Origin: the human T2T-CHM13v2.0 reference genome, Homo sapiens | DNA: 64,000 bases | Strand: one strand, 5' to 3' | Assembly (NCBI RefSeq): GCF_009914755.1 | Contig: NC_060948.1 | Shown: positions 28,564 through 44,053 of the stretch, piece by piece | Position numbering within the stretch: the stretch's first letter is position 1 | How the letters are laid out: the number at the start of each line of letters is the position of its first letter | The notes under the pieces: generated by a model | Told to the model about the DNA's origin: nothing | Seen by the model: only the letters and a program-made list of their open reading frames with translations | The model's database searches: none | Made by a program: the position numbers and the translations under genes

Positions 28564-29195
28564 TATGTCTTGTGATTAGCCAAATTGGAATGATTAAGGT
28601 CTCTCAGACATTTTCTAAGTATACATCTTTACTGGCCTGTGTGTGGCTTTTTGATTCTCTATATACATGGCTACTTTTAAATGTCTTAATCTTCTAAAGT
28701 GTTTTACCTCAGCCTCCTCTTGGGCCTTAGATCATCTATTCCAAGTCTCCACCCATCATCTCTTGCTGCAGGCATCTGTGGGTCTTGCTCACTTTGAAGA
28801 TTTTCCAATAAGGGCCCACTGCTTCTCCCTGCCTATAATCTGAATTACGCAAAATAGAGACCAGTTACTTAAACACCCAGACAGGTTAGAACATTATAAA
28901 TGAAATCTGCTCTACTACCTTCCATTTGAAGAATGGCATTGGTAACTGGGATGCTGCCTTATATTGTTTGTTGTAGGGCTCCACCTATAATCTCTTACTC
29001 CAGACATTTGTTGGTGTGTGTCCCCCTTCATGTTCCTGGGCAGTGCCTGTGTTTCTCTTTGCCCCAGGCTTGAGTTATGCCACTTCACCTCCCCCCTACT
29101 GGAGATCTGAGTTATGCAATACAAAGACAAGTTATTCAGAAAGCCCTCAGACATATTAGAAAGTAGCAAATAAGGTTGAACTTGTAACCTTTAAA

Positions 29196-29372
29196 TTTGG
29201 GAGGCAAAGACGAGAGTTTCACTTGAGGTCAGGAGTACGAGACCAGCTTGGTCAACATGGTGAAAACCCATCTCTATTAAAAATATGAAAATTAGCCTGG
29301 CATGGTGGTGGCTGCCTGTAATCCCAGCTACTCAGGAGGCCGAGGCAGGAGAGTTGCTTGAACCTGGGAGGT
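29196..29372 (+). mobile_element. Internal AluS fragment with no head and no tail
   Basis: tttgggaggc...cttgaacctgggaggt. Confidence 0.88.
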
Positions 29373-29699
29373 TCAAATAAGTAGCCAATAAGGTCTGCTC
29401 TACTCTCTCTGGCTCAAGGGAGGGAATTGGAAATTAGATAGCCACACCATGCTGGACAGGGTGTAGGACATGGTGGCCAGAAATGCAATGAAATTTCCTA
29501 CTGTTTTTAAAATGGCTTTTAAAAAAATGAGTATTTGCTTTGTTGCTGTAGACCTCTGATTGTTTCCCAGGCCTCCAATAAGGTAATTTAAACCATTTTA
29601 TTTTCTTTTGTTTTGCTTTTGATGTCTTAATGGGGTCTTGGATCTTCCTTGTCTGTTGTTTTGCTGACAACATTACTTATTAGGTTGATTTTAAACTAA

Positions 29700-29930
29700 T
29701 GATGATAATAATGATCTTGACATTTATGGAGTGCAAATCCCATGTTTAATTGCCTTACATGCATTATCTCGTTTAATCTTCACAATATTATTAGTGTATT
29801 TTATTTTAAAAATCTCTCTGAAGCATGGAGAATTTAAGTAAACATCCCAAGTACACTTATATAGTAAGTGATAAAACCACAAATCTTATTTAAGCATTCC
29901 TGATACTGCACCCATTGTGCTAATGACTAG
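29700..29930 (-). mobile_element. MIR
   Basis: ttacatgcattatctcgtttaatcttcacaa is antisense MIR. Confidence 0.65.
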
Positions 29931-30249
29931 AAGATATTTTTCTTAAGGAAATGATAATCAAATTTACATGTAAAATATAATATACACAAGTTATTATCAG
30001 TGCACAGAAGAGCAAACAATCAGTTAAATTTATTTTTTTCCAGAGTTAAAAAATGATATTTGTGCTGCTACACTTTATTCTAGAACCACAGAATCTCTCT
30101 CAACACAATAGTCTAGCCACATCTTCATCAGTCAATCAGAAATAATAGTTGGGTTATACACATTTTTCACCTTATAAAATATAACAATATTTATGATTTT
30201 TAGAGTCATTATAAATCTTTTATAAAATTCTGAAATACATGGAAGCTAT

Positions 30250-30412
30250 AGCTAAACCAAATGGAAGTCTTTGGATTCCAGAACACTTGACATCAAGTCA
30301 TGACTCTGCCACTTGCTCGTTGTATGGTTAGCAGCAAGATATTTTTTCTCTCTGATTTTTAATTTTCATATTTAAATTTGGCTAAGAGTACTTGCCTCTT
30401 AAAACTGTGTTG
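30250..30412 (+). mobile_element. MIR fragment
   Basis: gactctgccacttgctcgttgtatg. Confidence 0.55.
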
Positions 30413-30427
30413 CTGGTATTACCAGAG

Positions 30428-31600
30428 TGTGGTATAATTAAAATATATATTTGCTTTTTGTCACCAGTTTCTCACACAGTACATCAAAAGCCCTTGCAAT
30501 TTTCTGAGTGATAAAAGCATCTTTTGATATTCACAACAGGTCCCTTTTGACCGTACCTGAGTTTATGCGAACAAGGTAACTCATTGTGGGAACTTAGATA
30601 ATATTTTCAAGGGAGGGACTGGCCATGCAGGTGATTAGAGGGTTGAAACCTTTAGCACCATCCACCAACCTCCAGGGATGGGAGGAGGGATGATGATTGA
30701 GTTCAGAATTGAATATTCCCGATACAAAGAAATAATAAATATTTGAGTTTATGGATATGTGAATTACTCTAATTTGAACCAATTACCAATGATTTAATCA
30801 ATCATGCCTATTTTACAAGGCCTTGATAAAAATCTTTTAACAATGAGTTTTGGAGAGATTCTGAATTGGTAAACACAATGGATGCATATATGCTGGGAGA
30901 GTGGCATGCCAGAAGAAGTCATGAAAGTTTTCCCTTCGTCCCCATTTCCTTGTCCTGTGAATGTCTTCCTTTTGGCTATTCCTAGTTGGTTTTCTTTATA
31001 ATAAAATTGCAATCACAAGTACAGCACTTTCCTGAGTTCTGTGCATAATTCTTTTTTTTTTCTTTTTTTTTTTTTTGAGACAGAGTCTCACTTTGTCGCC
31101 TAGGCTGGAGTGCAGTGACGTGATCTCCGCTCACTACAAACTCGCCTCCCAGGTTCAAGCAACTCTCCTGCCTCGGCCTCCTGAGTAGCTGGGATTACAG
31201 GCAGCCACCACCAGGCCAGGCTAACTTCCATATTTTTAGTAGAGATGGGTTTTCACCATGTTGACCAGGCTGGTCTCATACTGCTGACCTCAAGTGAACC
31301 TCTCGTCTTTGCCTCCCAAAGTGCTGGGATTACAGGAGTGAGCCACTGCGCCTGGCTTTCTGTGCCTAATTCTATCAGATAATTGAACTTGAGGAGAGAT
31401 TCATGGGAACTCTCAAATCTGTAGTAAGCTAGGTAGAGTGCAGTTAACTTGGGCTGATGTCTTGTGGTGGTGATCATTTTGTGGGACTGAGCCCTCAGCC
31501 TGTGGGTTCTCTATTGACCCTGGGCAGTTAGTATCAAAATTAAATTGATTTGCAGGATGCCTAGATGGTATTGGAGAGTTGAACATTGCTGAAAAAGCTT
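30428..31600 (+). mobile_element. MER21 (B/C-like) LTR, interrupted by a short L1 piece and an Alu
   Basis: cctgagtttatgc, gtgattagagggttg, ccaatgatttaatcaatcatgcc, gtgggactgagccc. Confidence 0.75.
31052..31356 (-). mobile_element. AluSx/Sz
   Basis: Full Alu; 16-bp TSD TTCTGTGC(A/C)TAATTCT. Confidence 0.95.
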
Positions 31601-32873
31601 CATATACAGATAAAAATAATAAAGTGCTAAGTTGATTTTCTGGTAGATCATAGATGCTTAATAAATCATGGTTAATATCACCTTCAGATGATTTAGGAAG
31701 TAACCAATTATTTAAGCATTCCTATATGTCCTGAAATGCTCTGAGTAGGGGTGTTTTATCAAGAGTGTTCTCTTATGCTATAAATAGATATATAATTTCA
31801 AAATGAAAAGACAGCCAAATAAAAATGTTCTCATTAAAATTAAACTGAATATAATTTGAAAATAATTATTGTACAGGGTACTGGATATAGACTTATATAC
31901 AACTTCAGAAGGTAATTTAAAAACTATATTGTTAATAATAAATCGCTTAATTACCATTTCTTTATGGCTTATAGAAATAGAATATGAAAAATGTTTAATG
32001 TTTAATGTCTTAAAATGTTAAAAATGTTTAATGCTTTAAAACGTATAAATGTTTGGATTCTGAATAAATGAGAGTACACATTAAAATTTGAGTACATTCT
32101 TTAAAACAATTATTCTCAACCAAGAGTTAGGAGGAAGTTTGAAGCATATTATAATAATCTGGGATTTTTTTTTTCCAGTCCACAGCTCTTGGAGACTCTA
32201 TTGTCTCCCAAAGTGGTGGAGTTCCTTTCATTATCACCTCCACCCATCATCCTACCTTCTATTCCTTTAGAGAATCACTGGCATTCTAAAGGTTTGTTAC
32301 TGAAAGAAATACATTATATCTCTTACATATATAGAGGTTGTAAGGAAGCTGATAATTACTATGCCTGTGTTTGACATTCTATGACTTATAAATGAGGGAA
32401 ACCAACCCTCAAGTACTTACAAGGTGTAGTCACAAGGAGAAAATATAATTACAATATCTTTAAATATCAAGATTTAAGGAACAAGTACTTGTATATGTGA
32501 ATATTTATGCATCTTTAATAAACGATCAACTTGTATTTCCTCCAATTGACATATTTAAATTATTTGAACTCATAAAGAAAATGACATCATATTTTCTGTT
32601 CCTTTAAATAATATTGCATAGTTCCACTGTAAGAGTAAATATCACTAAACTTTTTTTTAGGTATATAAGAATAACTTACAGTAAATAAATTCTGGAAACC
32701 AACCTCTTTCATAGTAACATTTGAAAAGTAGAGGGCAAAGTTAGTATACGTTACCTGAAAACTTGTAGTTGTGAAATGTTTAAGTCTAGATATTGTCCAT
32801 TAACAGTATTCCCTAGTTACTTCTTTTTCTGCTACATTTAATACTGCTGCTTCTGTTATAGTTTTTTTTTTAC

Positions 32874-33177
<304 letters not shown>

Positions 33178-33304
33178 ATTTTTTCTTTTACTTTTATCCT
33201 TTAGTCCAAGCCAAACTGAAAAAAAGTCCAAACTGAATAGTACTTGATAATGTATCAAACTCTGTCTCAAAATTGTATATTATACCAACCCTGATACTGA
33301 GTTA

Positions 33305-33664
<360 letters not shown>

Positions 33665-33807
33665 TTATCAAATATTATGGCTTTGTAGGAGATGTGTTGT
33701 GACTTTTGGCACAAAACAAATAAATGATTAATTATCATTGGAAAATAAATCATCTAGAGTTGTGTCTATTGTTCTTTAGAACATTTTTATAGCACCTTAA
33801 AAAACAC

Positions 33808-35041
<1,234 letters not shown>

Positions 35042-35054
35042 GTAGTTTGTCTTG

Positions 35055-35772
35055 GCTAACAAGAAAATTCAAGCTGGGAACTGCTCAGGGCCAACCTGTC
35101 TCCCATTCTATTCAAAGTCATCCCTCTTCTCACTGAGATAAATGCATATCCGATTGCCTCCTCTGGAAAGGCTAATCAGAAACTCAAAAGAGTGCAACCA
35201 TTTTTTCTCACCTACCTGTGACCTGGAAACCCCTTCCCCACTTTGAGTTGTCTCACCTTTCTGGACTGAACCAATGTTCATTTTATGTGTATTGATGTAT
35301 TAAGTCTCCATAAAATGTATAAAACCAAGCTGTGCTCTGACCACCTGGGGCACATGTCGTCAGTACCTCTTGAGGCTATGTCATGGACACACATCCTCAA
35401 CTTTGGCAAAATAAACATTCGTTTTCTTTTTTTTTTTTTTTTTTTGAGATGGAGTCTCGCTCTGTCACCCAGGCTGGAGTACAGTGGCATGATCTCAGCT
35501 TACTGCAACCTCCACCTCGGAGGCTTCAAGTGATTTTGCTGCCTCAGCCTCCCCAGTAGCTGGGACTGCAGGTATGTGCAACCATGCCCAGCTAATTTTT
35601 TGTATTTTTAGTAGAGACGGGGTTTCACCATGTTAGCCAGGATGGTCTCGATCTCCCCACCCTGGCCTCCCAAAGTGCTGGGATTACAGGCATTGAGCCA
35701 CTGTGCCCAGCTCAATGGCAAAATAAACTTTCTAAGTTAACTCAAACCTGCCTCAAATTTTGGGGGTTCACA
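35055..35772 (+). mobile_element. MER4A-type LTR missing its first ~40 bp, interrupted by an Alu
   Basis: aaaattcaagctgggaactgctcaggg...ttttgggggttcaca. Confidence 0.88.
35422..35712 (-). mobile_element. AluSc-like, inserted in the MER4A LTR
   Basis: 17-bp TSD TGGCAAAATAAAC(A/T)TTC at 35404-35420 and 35716-35732. Confidence 0.93.
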
Positions 35773-37216
35773 GGTCATTTTACAGGAACCCATATTTCTT
35801 GGAGGTTTTAGTCATTTTTCTTAATTTTTGTTAGACTGAGTTGATTCAAAGAGCTGACCATCAAACTCGGAGATTCTTTTCTCAGCTTGTTCTATTCTTT
35901 TAGTAATACTTTTGATTTATTATGAATTGTTTTTTAGTAAATATTTTTAGCTCCAGAAGTTCAGTTTGGTTTTGTCTTAAAATGGTTGTTTTATCTTTCA
36001 TCTCTTGAGTCATTTTACTGGATTTTTTAGATTCATTAGATTGGGTTTTTCACTCATGTCTGTGTGAAGAGACCACCAAACAGGCTTTGTGTGAGCAACA
36101 AGGCTGCTTATTTCACCTGGGTGCAGGCGGGCTGAGTCCGAAAAGAGAGTCAGGGAAGGGAGATAGGGGTGGGGCCGTTTTATAAGATTTGGGTAGGTAA
36201 AGGAAAATTACAGTCAAAGGGGGGTTGTTCTCTGGCGGGCAGGGGTGGGGGTCAACAAGGTGCTCAGTGGGGGAGCTTTTGAGCCAGGATGAGCCAGGAG
36301 AAGGAATTTCACAAGGTAATGTCATCAGTTAAGGCACGGACTGGCCATTTTCACTTCTTTTGTGGTGGAATGTCATCAGTTAAGGCAGGAACAGGCCATT
36401 TAAATTTCACTTCTTTTGTGATTCTTCAGTTACTTCAGGCCATCCGGATGTATACGTGCAGGTCACAGGGGATATGATGACTTAGCTTGGGCTCAGAGGC
36501 CCGACAGGGTTTCTATTTACTTCTGAATCCCTATGTGTTTTTTTGACATCTGGACTCTAAATTCCATTTCTGACATCTCAGTCATTTCTGATTGGTTAAG
36601 AACCACTGCTGGGAAAATCGTGGACTGATTTGTGGGTAATAAGACACCTTGGACTTCTAATTTCCAGAGTTCTTACACTGATTCTTTCTCATCTGGGATG
36701 GTTGGTATTTTTTTAACTGTAGTGTGAGTTGAGTATAGTCAGTTGGCTTCATTTCTGGATGCATTCAGAGGGCTAGGGATCTGTACAGAAACTTTATATG
36801 TGGGTAAGTTCTTGCACTTGGTTTTACAGGTCTATATATTAGCAGGATAAATTTTGGGTGTTGTAGTTTGGGCTGCAATCCAGAATATGGTGCTCAAGAG
36901 TAATGACTGGTAGTTAGGTTAATACCCAGCCATGCAGCTCTTTTGTACTTCCTTGCATTTGCAGTTATGCTCTCTGATGGGGAGAAGAGAGAGATTACCC
37001 CATCACAAGTTTCACACCTGGACCTTGATGGGGGCCTCTCAGATCATTGGCACTGTAGCCACGTTTCTTCTGTTAGGTTCAGGGGCTGCAGCAGAAAGAT
37101 ATGCTACACTCTCTGGACTGGTTCTTTGAAGGGATGCATGCCCTATTCCCACCCTAGATCAGGAGCCTGCACATCTTTTCCAACTCATTGCTCTGAGGGT
37201 GAGTGATCTCAGTGCT
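35773..37216 (-). mobile_element. L1PA13-16-type ORF1 and 5'UTR fragment, interrupted by LTR7
   Basis: cccatatttcttggaggtttt..ctccagaagttcagtttgg..ggttaagaaccactgctggg. Confidence 0.75.
36048..36506 (-). mobile_element. LTR7 (HERV-H) solo LTR
   Basis: Reverse complement tgtcgggcctctgagcccaagctaag...ggtctcttcacacagacatgagtgaaa; perfect 5-bp TSD GGGTT. Confidence 0.95.
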
Positions 37217-37557
<341 letters not shown>

Positions 37558-37579
37558 TCACGCTAAAATCTCTTATAAT

Positions 37580-37920
37580 AACTATTATGTAGTCTTCTAA
37601 TTCGTTTCTTTGCTTCAATCACTGTCTCCTCCTAGTCTTTCTCCAATGTAGCAGTCAGAATAATTATTAAGCAATATTAATCTCTATTTAAATGTCTAAT
37701 TATCAATCTTTCCAAGATACAATATATGAAAAGATTTTCTGTCATTTCTCAATTCTCTTAATCCTCTTTACAATTTTTTTCAAATCACATATGAAACCTG
37801 ACATATATTTTCTTATATTTTTGTCTATCTTGCTAAAACGTAAGCTCTGTGAGAGCAGGAACTTTGTTAGTTCAGTTCACTGCTATACTTCTGAATCTAT
37901 CATAATTTCTGAGGCATAAT
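37580..37920 (+). mobile_element. L2 3' fragments
   Basis: taagctctgtgagagcaggaactttg..gttcactgctata; tail motif resumes near 39140-39170. Confidence 0.65.
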
Positions 37921-38199
37921 ACATTTATTACCTCAACATCTTATTATGAAAATTTCCAAAGATACAGTAAAGTTGAATAAATTTAACAATGAGCACTCAT
38001 ATATATTACTACCACTAATATTTTACTTTTAAAGTTGATTTGGGAGGTTAATTTTGTGGTCTAAAAAACGTATTCTTACATGTTGTAAGCAAAAAGGGCA
38101 AGTACTATTATGTCCAAGTTACAAATAATGAAACTAAGTTTCAAATAAGGAAATCAGCCACTTTCTAGTTTAGTACTTTACAGAGCTCCATATATTTAT

Positions 38200-38365
38200 A
38201 GCATGTATCGTGACCTTGGTGACACACAGTAGTCACCTGGAAAGCTTTATAAACATTGGTGACTGGGTTTTACTCCCAGAGATCTTGACATAATGAATCT
38301 GGGCTTGAAAAGTTTGGAAACCTCCCTAAGTAATTCCAATGTGCATTTAAGGTTGAGAACCCCTG
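38200..38365. mobile_element. MER5A-like DNA transposon
   Basis: tcacctggaaagcttt..cccagagat..aaggttgagaacccctg. Confidence 0.7.
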
Positions 38366-38411
38366 TGTTAGTATTTTTTTAGTGGTTAGTAAATTAATGC
38401 TGAATAAACCA

Positions 38412-39135
38412 TTTTTTCTATGACAGCTTGAGTTCTAATTGCGATGCCATACAATTCACCCATTTGAATTGTACAGTCAAGGATTATTAGTATATTTTCA
38501 GAAACGTGCAGTCAGCACTATAATTTTCAGTCACTTCACATCTTATTTCCATTCAATCTCCTACCCACCAGCCCCTGGTAACCACTAGTCAGATTTCCTC
38601 CTCTATAGGTTTTTTTTTTGTTGTTGTTGTTGTTGTTTTTGCTAGACATCTCATATAAATAAATCATATAATATGTGGTCTGTTGTAACTGGCTTCTTTC
38701 ACTTGGTATGTTTTCAAAGTTCAGCCGTGGTTTGGCATGTATCAGTAGATTGTTCCTTTTTATGGCTAAATGATATTTTATTCTATGAATATGCCACATT
38801 TTGCTTATTCATTCATCAGTTGATGGACATTTAAGAAGTTTTCACTTTTTGGCTGTTATGTATAATGCTGCTAAAAACATTTATATATAAATTTTCATGT
38901 AAACATATGCTTTCAATTTTTTTTAATGTATACCTAGGAGTAGAATTGATGGACCGTATGGTAACCCTATGATTAACCTTTTAAGGAAGTTTTTTTCTAA
39001 AGCAGCTGTGCCATTTTACATTCTCCTTAGAATGCTATAAAGGTTCCCATTTTGCCCCATCCTCACTTATGCTTATAATTATATGTATTTTTTTATTATA
39101 ACCATCCTGGGTGGGTGTGAAGTGGCAGCTCAATG
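38412..39135 (-). mobile_element. L1MB-type 3' end
   Basis: ccatacaattcacccattt..cagcccctggtaaccacta..ttcatcagttgatggacattt. Confidence 0.85.
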
Positions 39136-39626
39136 TTAGTTGTTCAACACATATTTGTTGGATGAATGTATCTAGAAAGATTAGAAGTACTGGACTGTTT
39201 CCTTAAAAGATTATTTGCCTTTGATTAAATACCAGAACAGGTAGCTCTTGACTTTCTGATCCTCTCTGGTTTTTCTGACCCATGATGACTTCCATATTTT
39301 TCTTGCCTTTCTCATATTTGAGTTCCAGTGAGGCAACTTCTTTCCATACCATTTGGAAAGCTGATGCAAGAGTCACTTATATGGATTCCTCAAGCTCTCA
39401 CTTCTGCTACTTATGAAAACCTAAACCTAAGCTTCTTGCATTCACTTTTTACTACCTCAGGTTGTATCAGGGAACAGAGAGACTCAATGTGCCTGTAGAA
39501 AGGAGGTGAGAATCATGTCTTTATTTGAGCAAACAATAATGAGACCTGGATGCCATGCTGGCTATTGCAATCCAATCTTTAACCATATAAGTACATATGG
39601 ACGAAACACTTATCTTATAAAGGACA

Positions 39627-40014
<388 letters not shown>

Positions 40015-40155
40015 CTAAACACATATCAGACTTTGATGTTTTCTACTTTTGTTTAAACTTTTATTTTCAATGCAGGTTTGTTATACAAATAAATTGTGTA
40101 CCACAGGGATTTCATGTACATAGCACTTCATTTCCCAGGTAATAGGCACAGTAGC

Positions 40156-43100
40156 TGCATTAGTCCATTTTCACACTGCTATAAATGACTTCCTTGAGAC
40201 TGGGCAGTTTATTAAGAAAAGAGGTTTAATTGACTCACAGTTCTGTATGGCTGAGAAAGCTTCCAAAAATTTACAATCACAGCAGAATGTGAAGGGCAAA
40301 CAAACACCTTCTTCACAAGGCAGCAGGAGACAGAGCAAAGGGGGAAGAGCCCTTTATAAAACCATCAGATCTCTTGAGAACTCACTATCATGAGAACAGT
40401 ATGATGAAAACTGCCCCCATAATCTAATCACCTCCCACCAGCTCTCTCCCTCAATACCTGGGGATTGGAATTCCAGTTGAGATTTGGGTGGGGACACAAA
40501 GCCAAACCATATTCCACCCCTGGTCCTTCCTAAATCTCATGCTCCTTTCACATTTCAAAATCAATCATGTCTTCCTATCAGTCTCCCCAAAGTCTTAACT
40601 CATTCCAGCATTATCCCAAAAGTCCAAAGCCAAAGTCTCATCTGAGACAAGGAAAGTCCCTTCCGCCTATAAACTGTAAAATCAAAAGCAAGTTTGTTAC
40701 TTCCAAGATACAATGTGGTTACAGGCATTGGATAAATATTCCCATTTTAATTGAAAGAAATTGGCCAAAACAAAGGGGCTAAAGGCCCCATGCAATTCCA
40801 ATCCAAAATCCAGTGGGGCAGTCATTGAATCCTTTTCTTCCTTCAACTTTTATTTTATGTTCCAGGATACATGTGCAAGATGTGCAGGTTTGTTACATAG
40901 GTAAACAAGTGCCATGGTAGTTTGCTTCACAGATCCACCTATCACCTTAGTAATAAGCCCAGCATGCATTATCTATTCTTCCTGATGATCTTCCTTCCCC
41001 TACCCTCACTCCCAATAGGCCCCAGTGTGTGTTGTTCCCCCCAATATATCCATGTGTTCTTATCATTCAGCTCCCACTTGTAAGTGAGAATATGCAGTGT
41101 TTGTTTTTTTGTTCCTGCATTAGTTTGCAGTCAATCCATGTCCCTGCAAAGGACATAATCATGTTTCTTATTATGGCCGTATAGTATTCCATGGTGTATA
41201 TGTACCACATTTTTTAAATCCAGTCTATCATTGATGGGCATTAAGGTTGATTCCATGTCTTTGCTATTGTGAATAGTGCTGCAATTGACATACACGTGCA
41301 TGTATCTTTATAATAGAATGATTTATATTCCTTTGGGTATATGCCCAGTAATGGGATTCCTGGGTCAAATGGTACTTCTGCCTTTAGGTTTTTGAGGAAT
41401 TGCCATACTGTCTTCTACAATGGTTGAACTAATTTACACTCTCACCAACGGTGTAAAAATGTTCTTTTTATTCTGCAACTTTGCCAGCATCTGTAGTTTC
41501 TTGACATTTTAATCATTGCCATTCTGACTGGTATGAAATGGTATCTCCTGTGGTTTTGATTTGCATTTCTCTAATGATCAGTAATGTTGAGCTTTTTTTC
41601 ATGTATTTATTGGCCACACAAATGTCTTTTTTTGAGAAGTGTCTGTTCATGTCTGCTCATGTCCTTTGCCCCCTTTTTAATAGGGTTACTTGTTTTTTCT
41701 TCTAAATTTGTTTCAGTTTCTTCTAGACGCTGACTATTAAACCTTTGTCAGATGGATCTATTGAAACAGAATTCTCTCATTCTGTAGGTTGTTTGTTCAC
41801 TCTGATGATAATTTCTTTTTTTGGACAGAACCTCTTTAGTTTAACTATATCCTGTTTGTCAATTTTTGCTTTTGTCACAATTGCTTTTGGCATTTACATA
41901 ACGAAATCTTTGCCACTGCCTATATCCTGAATAGTATTGCCTAGATTTTCTTCTAGACTTTTACAGTTTTGGGTTTTACATTTAAGTCTATAATCCATCT
42001 TTCACTGCTTTTTGTATATGCAGTAAGGAAGGGGTGCAGTTTCAGTTTTCTGCATAGGACTAGTCAGTTTTTCCAGAACCATTTATTAAATAGGGAATCC
42101 TTTCCCAATCCCTTGTTTTCGTTAGGCTTATCAAAGATCAGATGATCGTAGGTATATGATCTTATTTCTGAGTTCTGTATTCTGTTCCATTTCCATGTGT
42201 CTCTTTTTGTACCAGTACCATGACGCTCTGGTTACTGTAACCTTGTAGTATTGTTTGAAGTTGTATAGCATGATGCCTCCAGATTTATACACAAATCAAT
42301 AAATGTGAATTCATTACATAAACAGAACTAAAGGCAAAAACCACATGATTATCTCAATAGATGCAGAAAAAGCCTTTGATAAAATTTAACATCCCTTTAT
42401 GTTAAAATCTCTCAATAAACTAGGTATTGAAGGAACATATCTCCAAATAAAAAAAGCAATATATGACAAGCCCACAGCCAGTATCATACTGAATGGAAAA
42501 CTCTGGAAGCATGACCCTGGAAAACTGGCCCAGGACAAGGATGCCCTCTCTCACCACTCCTATTCAACATAGTATTGGAAGTTCTGGCCAGGGCAACCAG
42601 GCAAGAGAAAGAAATAAAGGGTATTCAAATAGGGATAGAGGAAGTCAAATTATTTTTGTTTGTAAATAACATGATCCTATATCTAGAAAACCCCATCATC
42701 TCAGGCTAAAATCTTCTTAAGCTGATAAGCAACTTCAGCAAAGTCTCAGGATTCAAAATCTATGCAAAAATTGCTAACATTTCTATACTCCAACAACAGG
42801 CAAGTGGAGAGACAAATCATAAATTAACTCTCAGTCACAATTGCTACAAAGAGAATAAAATGTCTAAGAACACAGCTAACAAGGGAAGTGTAGGACCTTT
42901 TCAAGGAGAACTGCAAACCACTGCTCAAGGAATTCAGAGAGAGCACAAATAAATGGGAAAAACATTCCATGCTATGGATAGAAAGAATCAATATCATGAA
43001 AACGGCCATACTGCCCAAAGTAATTTATAGATTTAAGGCTATTTCCATTAAGCTATGATTAACATTCTCCACAGAATTTGAAGAAATTATTTTAAAAGTC

Positions 43101-43547
43101 ATATGGAACCAAAAAAAATCCCTAATAGCCATGGCATTCATTAAATATTAAAGCCCCAAAATAATATCATTTGACTCCTTGTCTCACGTCAAGCACATGC
43201 TGATGCGAAGACTGGGTTCCCAAGACCTGGGCAGCTCCACCCCTGTGGCTTTGCAGGGTTCAGCCCCTGTGGCTGTTCTCATGAGCTGACATTGAGTGCC
43301 TGCGGCTTTTCCAGGTGCATGGTGCAAGCTGTTGGTAGATCTACCATTCTGGATTCTGAAGGATAGTTCCCCTCTTCTCACAACTCCACTAGGTAGTGCC
43401 CCAGATGGGACTCTGTGTGGGACCTCTGACCTCACATTTCCTTTCTGCACTGCCCTAACAGATGTGCTCCATGAGGCCTCCACCCCTGGATCAGACCTCT
43501 GCCTAGACATCCAGGCGTTTTCATACATCCTCTGAAATTTAGGTGGA
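40156..43547 (-). mobile_element. THE1(C/D) LTR (40156-40512) plus partial internal region, split by an L1
   Basis: tgcattagtccattttcac..ggggacacaaagccaaaccatat; MaLR internal sequence at 40513-40830 and 43133-43547. Confidence 0.88.
40833..43131 (-). mobile_element. L1PA8-10-like insertion with twin-priming inversion (minus 40833-42286, plus 42287-43131)
   Basis: Strand switch at 42286/42287; TSD GGCAGTCATTGAAT/GGCATTCATTAAAT. Confidence 0.9.
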
Positions 43548-43551
43548 AAAT

Positions 43552-44053
43552 GGGACTTTTGAGTTGATGCTGGAATTAGTTAAGACATTTTGGGATTATT
43601 GGACATATATTGCATTTAGCTATGTGAGAAGAACATAAGATTTGGGGGGCTAGGAGTAGAGGAATATAGTTTGGATATTTTCCCCTCCAAATCTCATATC
43701 AAAATATGATCTCCAAGTTTGGAGTTGGGCTCTCATGGTAGGTGTTTGGGTCATAAGAGGATTCTTCATGAATGGCTTGATGCCCTCTCTACAGTAAGTG
43801 AGTTCATATTAGATGCGGTTGTTAAAGAGACTGGGATCACCGTATTCTTTCTCCCTTTAATGCCATGTGGCATGCCTGCTCCCCTTTTACCTTCCACCAT
43901 GAGTGTAAGCATCCTAAGGCTCTCACCAGAAGCAAATGTGATCACTATGCTTCTTCTATAGCCTGTAGAACTGTGAGCCAAATAAACTTCTTTTCTTTAT
44001 AAATTACCTAGCCTCAGGTATTTCTTTAGAGCAATGCACAATGGACTAACACA
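43552..44053 (+). mobile_element. MSTB-like internal 3' end plus LTR (about 43665-44053)
   Basis: ggacttttgagttgatgctgg..tatagtttggatatt..aatggactaacaca. Confidence 0.82.

Larger units (their letters stand above)
25995..29675 (-). mobile_element. Old L1M (L1MC/MD-like) ORF2-ORF1-5'UTR relic, interrupted by MLT2 and an Alu fragment
   Basis: ggtaatgctggtctcatataatgaattt, tttctactgagaaatctgctg; repeated 5'UTR unit at about 28740-28915 and 28975-29175. Confidence 0.7.
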
